Shown: piece after piece, positions 49,399-59,967 of the stretch | Layout: every line of letters begins with the position of its first letter | Numbering within the stretch: position 1 is the stretch's first letter | DNA from: Mytilus trossulus | Lineage: Eukaryota | Assembly (NCBI RefSeq): GCF_036588685.1 | Contig: NC_086375.1 | Coordinates: forward strand, 45,260,001-45,324,000 | DNA length: 64,000 nt | Direction of reading: 5' to 3' | Program-made: the position numbers and the translations under genes | Notes under the pieces: model-generated | Told to the model about the DNA's origin: nothing | Databases searched by the model: none | Seen by the model: only the letters and a program-made list of their open reading frames with translations

Positions 49399-51421
49399 AT
49401 GCGGATAACTGCAATTATTAATCATTTACTTGTATCAACTTTCTTATGTGTCAAGACAGATTCCGATGTGGCCTTGTCTTATGTGTGTACATTCAATATA
49501 CATTGCCGCTGCTATAATAAAGTAGGAACAGAAAACTTTCCACCGAATACTTACATTTTAAATCTGCAAAATAACCGTATACGCGTAATAAGCGATACCG
49601 CATTTCATTCTTTATCGAATCTGTCAATCTTGGATTTATCATACAACAAAATCAAAGGTATAAAGTTACACTCTTTTGGTGGATTAGGAAAACTGAAGGA
49701 GTTAAACTTGAATTACAATCCTTTAGATTATACAAAATTTCCAAACGAAGGTTTCATCCCATTGGTATCCCTTCGACGTCTTTGCATTAAAAGTAAAATT
49801 TTCATGGCAGCTGTTAGTTCTATTTTCTCAGATAAAACGATATCACATTTGAAGTCACTGGAGAAGTTGGAAATAGATGTTCTGATCAATGCACAAATCT
49901 TCGAGTATATGCCACTTTTAACACGTATTTCATTTGACGAAAAGTGTAAGATTCATATCACACCTGGTGGACATCGAAGTTTGAAAAACATCAAAGAATT
50001 TTACGTTCATCGTTTAGTTGACACGCTACTTCCATATCTTAATAACTTTACAAATGAATTGAGGCTGACTCCAGTCGAAACATTGTCATTTCAAAACACT
50101 TTTGCAGAGGGTTTTGAAGACCGTTACTATCCATGGAATCCGATAAGCAGAAATTTGCAGAACTCGTCTTTAAAAGAACTGCTGATGACTGAAAATAAAC
50201 TTGGAGAAAGTTTTCCAGTATCTAAACTCGATCCTCCTCCTTCAAGTTTACAAGTGCTGAAACTTTCCAGCAATATACTCGAAAAGTTTTCGTTAGATTT
50301 AGGGAATATTCGAAATCTCAGTCTACAAAATAATTATCTAGGAGGATTTCTAAGTACTCATAGTTATAAAATGTCGAAAGAATCTAGCAGTCTTGAGTAC
50401 ATAGATTTATCAGCGAATAGTATTGAAATGCTTACATTCATATTATTTAAGGGCCAACCAAAATTAAAATATATCAATCTTAGTCATAATAAGTTGCAAA
50501 AGATTACATTTGATGTTTCTCGATTGAATGATCTTCATTATTTAGATTTATCAAGAAACAATTTCACGACATTAGACGAAAAGGCTATGGCAATGTTCGA
50601 TGGTCTGTCTAAAAGTACTTTTTTTACACTTAATTTACAAAATAATGCAATGCAATGTACCTGTAACACACTGCCGTTCTTAAAGTGGATTTCAAAAACG
50701 AAAGTTGATTTGCTGCTTAACGAAAAGTGTAATTTAGAAGATGGGACCGTTGTAAGTTTCAATCCAATAGATCCAATAATACAGCAACTACAGAAAAAAT
50801 GCAGTACATATACGTACTTAATAATTGCTTTGTCTGTAGGGTTGGTTGTTATCTTAACCATTCTTTTTTTTTGCTTTAGTGTATAAATACAGATGGAAAC
50901 TTCGATACATGTTTTATCTTGCAAAAAGTAAACACTACAATTACAAGGCTTCCATAGACAACGGGGAATACACTTACGATGCTTTTATCTCGTACTGTGA
51001 TGATGATAGAACATTTGTATTAAAAGATTGCATTGCAAATTTAGAAACTGAAGGGAACGCTAAATTATGCGTGCACCAACGAGATTTCCTACCAGGCCAA
51101 GAGATAACAGTCAATATTACAAACGCCATCCATGAAAGCAGAAAGACAGTTTGCATTATAACGAGAAAGTTTTTTGAGTCTTATTACTGTATGTTTGAAT
51201 TTAATATGGCCCGGATGGAAAACATTTATTCTCGGGATGGAAGAAATATCATTTTCCTAGTATTTCTCAAGCAAATTCAACCAAAAGAAATGCCACTTAT
51301 GATGCTCGAACTTATAGAGAAACAGTCTTACATTGAATATCCAAATGACGAAAAAGGGAATGTTGTGTTCTGGGAAAAAATAAAAGAAGCTATTCATTCA
51401 CGACATTTGTTGCAAAACTGA
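49399..51421 (+). pseudogene. Toll-like receptor copy A; one +1 frameshift in a T9 run (50864-50872) within the TM helix; 673 aa if corrected (may be an assembly error)
   Basis: Signal peptide, LRRs, LRRCT (NAMQCTC) and TM in 49399-50886; TIR (YDAFISY, RDFLPG, FW) in the next frame 50879-51421. Removing one T restores colinearity with copy C. Confidence 0.88.
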
Positions 51422-53711
51422 ATTGGTTCTGCAAAGGTTTTTTATATTCATTTTTATTATGTATTTTCATCAATATGAGGAAATAACAAGCAAAAAAAAA
51501 AGGATCGTATAAATTTAATAGATAATGCAAAAACAATTCCTTTATCTGTAGACATTATAAATCTTCAAAAAAGGAGGCTACGATAGTTTGCGGTTATTTT
51601 GGTTGTTCAAAAGAGGTAGCCTAAGCATGGTTACATGTTTAACCTCGCTACGTTCTCTATGTATTTGCCTTTCTCTAGTCAGGTACCCGTAATTCAGTTG
51701 TCGTTGCTTTATGAGTTACAAATTGATTTTCGTTCATTTTTTTGTTTTTTACATAAATTAGGCCGTTAGTTTTCTCGTTTGAATTGTTTAACACTGTCAT
51801 TTCGGGGCCTTTTATAGCTGACTATAAGTTATGGGCTTTTCTTATTGTTGAAAGCCGTACGGTGACCTATAGTTGTTAATTTCTGTGTTATTTTGGTCTC
51901 TTGTGGGAAGTTGTCTCAATGACAATCATACCACATCTTCATTTTTATATTAAACACTCGTCTGGTTATTAAATCAATAGCATTTCGCACTCGTAGCGAA
52001 CACCTTCAAATTGATTCTATATTTTGCTGAGCTGTCAACAAAATAATATTTGAAAACAAAACACCTTTGAAAAACGTTATCAATAAAACTTATACGTGCA
52101 CTAATTGAATTTCAAAATTATGTAATTTCAAAACTAGTGGTCCAAGGACACAGTTATTGTCCTTTGGTTTTCGTTGTCTACGAATATAGTAACTAGTGTA
52201 AACAGTGTATAACTTGCATGTTTTATTTGATACACTTTCCCAGTCTATTTATTGATGCCAAATGCATGAAATATTAAGTAGGGAGATGTAATTACATGTC
52301 AAAAAAATTAGGTGCTGAATATTTATGTTAAGTAGTGAATAGGTCCAGTTCTGAAAGGTCAAATTTTATCGCGTTTGAAGCTATCAAACTGAATTTTACA
52401 CCCCCTTAACACAGAATTATCAATATTTTGAGTCAGAGCTGGTAGAAGTTTTTATAATTTTGTTATTATTTGTTTCACTGGTAGTACACTACACTGTAAA
52501 AATCTTTTTGAGAAAGAGCAGGTGCGATTTTTTAAATTTGAATTTATTTTCTAAAAGAAATGCACTACGAAATAGCTGTGTTCTAGGGACAAGTATGGTC
52601 CGCTGAGCTGGTTGACACGTTGTATAGAAGATTCCCGTTCACTTGAATAACACATTATAACTTTTTTAGTTATCGAAAACTGTTCCAACATTGTTCATGT
52701 GTTTCTAAGGTATAAACATTACTAGTATGTCATCTTTACCGTGCCAAAGCAACGACATTAAACATCAGTTGTATTTGAAAAGAAAAGAATGACAAAAAAA
52801 TCAGCAGTTTAAACTGACAAAACATCAGCAGTGTTAATTGATAAAAAGCCCTAAAAATTTTTTCACTTCTCTTTAAGATTTTTTTCTGCTTAAAATTTAG
52901 AATCAAACTTCACGTATTATTTTTTTCACACGGAAGTGGTTTTTTTTGTAATTTTCACATCACATTAGAAAACCAAAAATAATATATAAAAAATAATCAT
53001 ACCTTTACAAATCAACAAAAAAAGAATGAATTACAAAACACTATATGTCGTCTTAGTTATACAGATATATGAAAAGAACTATTCGTTATACAAATGTGTG
53101 TAACATAAACTGTAAAAGGAGTGTTGATTTATATGCAAGCACAAAGAAAGATGGAGTACATCAAGGTTCTTTTTTAATCACAATACCATGAAGATGGGAA
53201 AAGTTTTAAAGTATGACCACTTATAACTATGCATTTAAATTTTATGTTTATAAAGTATCCGAGGTGTAGATTTGTGTGTTTCAATGTCAGTATTTCAATC
53301 GTTTGGTAACATTTATGATTTTGTATTTTCCTTTGACATCAATCATAATTGACATAGTGACCAATGCTTTCTTTACAGGTGATATATGCTTACTGCTACT
53401 GTGTTTTTGATTTTCCCAGCTTAACATAGCTGTATTAGTGTGTATTCTTGTCTTGTCTTTAAAATTGTTAACTGTATTTTCATTGTTTTGTATAATAAAT
53501 CAAATAAAACTATATGAACCTATCTATCTCACAGAAATAATTATACTATAATAACGTCAAAACCAGTGACAACTCTACGACGAATTTTATCCATCGGGTC
53601 ACCAGTGATGACGTATAGGAAAGAACAAAAAATTACTTCCGCAATTTACATATCTAACATTGTTTAGCTGATATTAAAACGAATTGTATATACAGAATGT
53701 GTTTTCAGTTT

Positions 53712-54030
53712 CGTCCCCGAGGGTATCACCAGCCCAGTAGTCAGCACTTCGGTGTTGACATGAATATCAATTATATGGTCATTTTAATAAATTTTCTGTT
53801 TACAAAACTTTGAATTTTTCGAAAAACTAAGGATTTTCTTACCCCAGGAGTAGATTTCCTTAGCCGTATTTGGCACAACTTTTTGGAATTTTGAATCCTC
53901 AATGCTCTTCAACTTTGTATTTATTTGGCTTTTTAACTTTTTTGATCTGAGCGTCACTGATGAGTCTTATGTAGACGAAACGCGCGTCTGGCGTATAAAA
54001 TTATAATCCTGGTACTTTTGATTACTATTC
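53712..54030 (+). mobile_element. Retrozyme-type repeat monomer carrying a hammerhead
   Basis: Family members at 26177-26535(-), 26790-26870(-), 28581-28852(-), 32970-33246(+), 34970-35060(+), 63128-63460(+), ~6614-6800(-). Confidence 0.8.
53951..53994 (+). ncRNA. Type I hammerhead ribozyme, intact core
   Basis: Stem I GCGUCA/UGGCGU, CUGAUGA 53957-53963, stem II GUCU/AGAC, GAAA, palindromic stem III CGCGCG, GUC cleavage triplet 53986-53988. Confidence 0.9.
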
Positions 54031-54769
54031 AGCCTTATATCACCATCACTGGTGATCCGATAGATAAAATCTGCCACATCCAGTCAGTGATTTTGTTAAA
54101 TATTTTTTTTCTGCTTTGTATCTATGATCTATTCAAACATATTTTCCCCATTACATCATTTATGTGTCTGTCCTAAGCCATGAGCATATGCTTCAGTAAT
54201 TGTTGTTGGTTCATGTCTGTCATATTTGTTTTTCGTAAACTGTTTTGATATAAAAGAGAGACGAAAGATATCAAAAGGACATTCAAATTAATTGCTAACG
54301 TCCTGGCTTAAAAATCAAAAGATAAACAGACAAAACATAGTACATAAAACAGAACATAGAAAACTAAAGACAGCCAAAATAACACTACCCAAAACTGTGG
54401 GTGATCTAAGTAACTCCGAAAGGGTAAGCAGTTCCTGCTCAACTTGTAGCCTGTCATGTTATTCATTTTAGTAAAAGCCTGGTAATAAATCTAATTCGGT
54501 TGGTGACATTCGGGATAAATGGGGCGGTAACGACATAAAAATATATATTCACTATCATCTATGAAGGGATGTTCCATAACGATCAACCAAATGGTTATTG
54601 CGGTCGTAAAATTTATCGATTAGGCTCTTATATTTCTCATGTATGCCGACTGTACGGTATACGTGTATGTACTTATCAAAAGTCGTATGGTTGACTATTA
54701 TTGCTTACATCTACCTCATTTCAATTTTGGTGCTAAGTTACATAATAGGAGATCATACCTCATCTCATT

Positions 54770-54940
54770 ATAGCTGGAGTGATGGGAGAGATTCACCAAC
54801 CTTCCGGTCGGTAGAAAAATTGACAATACTATTCAAATAAGATTTTGAGTTGAACCTACTTGCCACGTTCAGGATTCGAACTAACAACCTCGCTGTTGAC
54901 AGGCTAGTGATACAGCAGTTCGGTAATTTCGACCACTCGA
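54770..54940 (-). mobile_element. Degenerate tRNA-derived SINE
   Basis: Minus-strand cgagtggtc...atcactagcctgtcaaca..gaggttgttaGTTCGAATCC; same family as 31670-31937. Confidence 0.6.
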
Positions 54941-56609
54941 TGAATGTTGATACAAAGAAATCGAAATTCATGATTTTCATTAAGTAATAGATTGTCTATA
55001 TTTGATTTATTATGGTGTTTACCCATTCGTGTGAACCGCAGTTTGGTGTCCGAATATGTTCGTTATTGTTATACAGTTTAAATGTTGTAATCTACAATCA
55101 TATTTCTTATTTATCCATTTCTCTGTGCTGAGTGTTCTTGCGTTTCTTTGTATTGTATGCTTGTCACGTAGTATATTTCTTAAAATGTCCTGTACCAGGT
55201 CATGCATATGGCATTTGTTATCCGTTTATTAATAGTCCGTGGGTATGTGAGTTGTCGTATGTTTTTGTTGCAATACAGTGTTCCTGTTGTTCCATAGTTA
55301 ATATGTTCCCTTAGTTTTCATGTGTAATCCGAATTTGCTTTCTCTTAATCATTTTTTTTAATTTTTACCCGTAGTATACCTTTGTTGGCTTTACTCGATA
55401 CTATTTGATATTTATGTTATAAGCTAAATTATGTCCAGTGAAGACCATAAGACTTGTGTATCAGGACACAAACATTATTGCGTTAGGACACAACAGTTGG
55501 ATTATAGAGTGTTATAGATTTATAAACAAAATAATACAGTTGTTACCTTAGAACGCAGACGAATAAGGACTGTGTTAATCTAAGTATCAGTTGGTTTCCA
55601 TCTAATTCTAGAAGATTTTCTTTCATATATGTTCATCAAGACTTTCAGAATCAAGAAGGAAAACGTGTTCAAAGAAAGAACTAAAATCACACAACAAAAG
55701 TATTGCAAGCGCACCAATGCATCAATCGAGGTTGTCACTACTTACAACTGAAAGGCTAATATACACTTAGTTTCTTCTAAGATTTCGAACACTTACAAGA
55801 CATTCACTAATGATATATAGTGGTTAGTCCTTAACTGGTCAACTAAAAAATTAACATCACTATGAACCATAATTGGAACCATACGCCAAGTTCATACATA
55901 CAACTTCTCAGAAACTCGTACTTATCATGATTTTGACAAATAGTTGGGTTTTTTCCGTCACAATCTGGATCATTAAGAATGCGTATTCTGAATAGACAGC
56001 ATTTCTTATTTTGAATGATTCGTACATGTACTAGTCTCTAATTCAGAATAGCATTCACTGTTGGATACAGATTAACCTATATAGAATCCTAGAAAAAAAA
56101 TCAAACAGAAAATTTATTTGACATAAACACTGTCAAAAATACTAAACCGATCAATACTATCCACACTGATCATTGTCTACTCTTGATAGACAAACATTCT
56201 ATATTTGACATCCTTTATAAATCAAAATATTCATGCATAACTGGGCTAAATTTTCATTTATCTTTATGATTAGTGTACAAAAGTAGTATTGTAAACTCTT
56301 CGTTTCTGATGAGAAATACTATATACTCACTCAGGGATGCACCCGAAAGCAATTCATTTTTTTTTATGGTTTTCTGTACATAAAAGAAGAGAACAAAAGG
56401 AAGATATTTTGCCTTGAACCCTCTGTTATGGTTCATTGACTTTGAAAGTTTGCATATTTAATTATGTTAACTTGGTGTTAACTCCTTGCAAAGTTAGTTT
56501 AAATTTTTGCTATCAAATGATATACAGACAGAAAATTATCTGTCAAAAGTTGATAATTTTAAACAAATTAAAAACAAATTAATTTCCACTTTGTGATGAT
56601 TATGTAGAA

Positions 56610-57465
56610 ACAGGAAGTTCGACCAGATTGACATAATTCTATAATTTTGGTTTCGACAACACCCTTCAATCAATAAGTGGATCGCCACTTGTTTATGTTA
56701 CAGCCGGCAGTACATGACAAGTAAGTGTTTCTTTTTTGTAATTCAACTTTTTCTAAAATGAATATTGAAACTATAGATGCTTATCAAATTGAGATTGTAA
56801 TGGCTATTTATAATTTGTTACTGAAAGGTTTAAATTGCTTTATTCGTCCATAAAGAAACCTTACAAGTTAAAAGTTTCGATATGCCGTTTTGATACCATA
56901 AACAATTACAAAAACGATAAGTACCGGTCGTGGTTTTATGCATTAACGTAAATGTGGGTGTTTTTTTCGAGTGGTAAAAAAATCAATCCTGTTCTATTAA
57001 AATATACATGTTGTATGAAATAAACAATTTTACTCTGTCTCCGTGACATGCAGGTTTTCTATATTTTCGATATCTATCTTGACCAAATATCATTTGTTTC
57101 CTTTGAAGAAAAGATGTTGAAACAATTTTTGATATCAGACAACATTTATTATTTACTCTATTCCGAAACGACCCTCAGTTGGGAATTAAAGAGACACTGT
57201 GTATATTTAATAAAATGTTTCAGAAAAAAGCAATCGCAAAAGTAGGATTATAGGATGATTTAACATATTGGTTTAATCAAAAGTGGGACAAACTAGAACT
57301 GCGAAAGTCGGATTTCGTGAAAGTTCACTTAAGTGGGAGTTTCGACCATATTTCTTTTTTGCATTTTTCAATTCAACTATTGGAAACAAATGTCTCAAAC
57401 ATACATGCTTTTGTGGTATCACGTTTACAAATTCATATATAGGATATGTGTTATATATTTTACAG
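56610..57465 (+). promoter_or_regulatory. Putative TLR-B promoter, non-coding exon and 5'UTR intron
   Basis: ACAGGAAGT 56610-56618, donor GTAAGT 56721, acceptor ending 57465. Confidence 0.55.
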
Positions 57466-57486
57466 GTCATTTATCAACAAAGGACA

Positions 57487-59144
57487 ATGCTAATAATTGT
57501 ACTGGTTAATTTTTTATTTGTGTCTACTTTCCTAAGTGAGAGGATGAATGCTGATTCAAAATTCTCCTCAGTGTGTATTTTCAATACAAGGTGCCGGTGT
57601 TTTAATGAGACAGGAACATCAAAATTACATGTGAATTGCGCACACAGTATGGTTAAGAAAATTCCAGAAGTTCCACGAAATGTTTTTAATTTTAATCTCC
57701 AACATAACATTATCAGGAAAATAGAGGACAACGTATTTCAAAATTTAACGACACTATATCCTTATTGGATTTATCACATAATGAAATTATCAGTTTGAAA
57801 TCAAACTCTTTTGAGGGATTGGGAGAACTAGAAGAGTTAAACTTAAATGACAACCCAATACAATATACAGATTTTCCAAATGGAACGTTTATCCCGTTAG
57901 TATCTCTCAAACGTCTTTACATTAAACGTACATTTCAAGCTATGAATAGACATAGAAACATGTTTTCAGATAAAACAATGTCAGATTTGAAAACATTGGA
58001 GAAATTGGAAATAGACATTCGTGCAAAATCAAAAAAAGACATTATGTTTGGAGAAGGATATAAATATTTAATTAATCTTAGTTCTCTCAATATTGGCTTA
58101 TGTTATATTCAAGTTTTTGTTGATAGAAAAATCTTCCAGTTTATGCCTCTTTTGACAAATATTTCTTTTGACATGCATTGTCGAATGTCTATTTTCCCCG
58201 GAGGGCATCAAAGTCTACAAAGCGTAAGACAACTTTACGTTCACCATTTAATTTCCGTACAAAATTTATCATATTTTAATAGTTTTACAAACGAATTAAA
58301 ACGGACACCCATTGAAACATTGACCTTTCAAAAGACTTTTCCAAATAGTTTGGATTACTTCCCTTGGAACCCAATTAGTGAAAGTTTCTACAACTCGTCT
58401 CTAAAAAAATTACGAATGACCGGTAATAAACTTTATGAAAGCTTTTCATCGTCTAAACTTAATGCTCCTCCTTCTAGCTTACAAGAACTGAATCTTTCCA
58501 GTAATAGACTTTACATGTTTGTGTTAGATTTAGGGAATATTCGAAAGCTAAATCTACAAAAGAACCTTCTTGGAGCATTTTTAAGTTCTCATAGATATAA
58601 AAGGTCAAGGACAATTAACAGCAAACTTGAATATATAGATTTGTCGATGAATCATATTGAAAAACTTACATTTCGAATATTTCAGGGACAACCAAATTTA
58701 AAATATATCAACCTTAGTCGTAACAAGTTGCAAAAGATGACATTTCGAGTTTCTCGATTGCATTATCTTCGTTATTTAAATTTATCAACAAACAATTTTA
58801 CGACATTAGACAAAAATGCTATGGAAAATTTCGATGTTCTATCTAAAAAAACGTCCTTCATAGTAAATTTACGAAACAATGCATTGCACTGTACATGTAA
58901 AACATTGCCATTCCTAAAGTGGACCACCAAAACAAAAGTTGATGTACTGATTAACGATAATTGTACTTTAGGAGATGGGACGATCGTGAGTTTCAGCTCA
59001 ATAGACTCAATAATACAGCAACTACAGAAAGGATGTACGACATATACATCCTTAATTATTGGTTTGACTACGGTCTTGGCAGTCATTTTGGCCGTTGTAG
59101 TGTTTGCTTTAGTATATAAATACAGATGGATAGAAATGTTGTGA
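57487..59144 (+). pseudogene. Toll-like receptor copy B; frameshift near 57757 and TIR domain lost after YKYRW
   Basis: ATG at 57487 in the same context as the paralogues (acaaaggacaATG); apparent 2-bp insertion (cta-TA-tcc-tta-ttg); LRR, LRRCT and TM in 57765-59144; homology ends at 59130, where a dispersed repeat follows. Confidence 0.88.
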
Positions 59145-59147
59145 ATA

Positions 59148-59232
59148 GTTCGTTTGATGTGTTTGAGCTTTTATTTTGTCAATTGTTAAGGGACTTTCCG
59201 TTTTGAATTTTCCTCGGAGTTTGGTATTTTTT
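59148..59232 (+). repeat. Short dispersed repeat carrying GGGACTTTCC; copies at ~8040-8135, 12760-12820, 31555-31665(-), 31803-31861, 32520-32600(-), 35810-35915, 43150-43235
   Basis: Shared tttgatgtgtttgagcttt...ggactttcc.ttttgaattttcctcggagtt. Confidence 0.8.
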
Positions 59233-59533
59233 CGATTGGAGACTGTTAAACGCATTGCTTTCAGTAATATTCTATATAAAAACTAGCAGTATACCAAAAC
59301 CACTCTAAATACTACTCAGGCATGCATCGGGAAGATATACATAATATTTTATGCACCCTTTGTTATGATTTATTGACTTTGAAGGTCTGAATATTTATAT
59401 GTTAAATAGTTGCCAATTTAATTTGAAAATTTGAAAAAAAAACTATCAAATGATATACAGACAGGATATTCAGGTTTTTAAACATTTTAAGCAAAATAAT
59501 TTCCTCTTTGTGATGAATGAATATGACGTAAAA

Positions 59534-59945
59534 ACAGGAAGTATCACGAGACTGACTTGATTACTAGTATATAATTTTCAGTTTCAGAAAACATCCTTCA
59601 ACCAATCTAAATCATTCAGTACAAGGAAAGTAAGTTAAATATTTTTTTAATACAATCATAATAAACAAATAAAATACAAAATGCCTTGTAAAATTGAGAT
59701 TGAAACGGCTATCTGGAATAGATTACTGCTTTCTACGTCTATTTTTTTTTGTTTGTTTTTTGGGGTTTTTTTTTTAGTAGTGAAAACGAAAAATTAACAT
59801 GTTTCGATATTGATTTTTGATTTCATAATACAATACAAAAAACAAGTCTCTTTTTGATTACTTTGTGAATATGGAAATATTAGTAGTTTTCTATTATTGT
59901 TGCATTTAAATAAACATTTATATGAAAAAGGTTTATATTTTACAG
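59534..59945 (+). promoter_or_regulatory. Putative TLR-C promoter, non-coding exon and 5'UTR intron
   Basis: ACAGGAAGT 59534-59542, donor GTAAGT 59630, acceptor ending 59945; upstream flank similar to ~56420-56620. Confidence 0.55.
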
Positions 59946-59967
59946 GTCCCTTAACCAACAAAGGACA

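Noticed and set aside
54865-54940. tRNA gene (B-box GTTCGAATCC on the minus strand)
   Set aside because: No complete cloverleaf; continues into a SINE body shared with 31670-31937.
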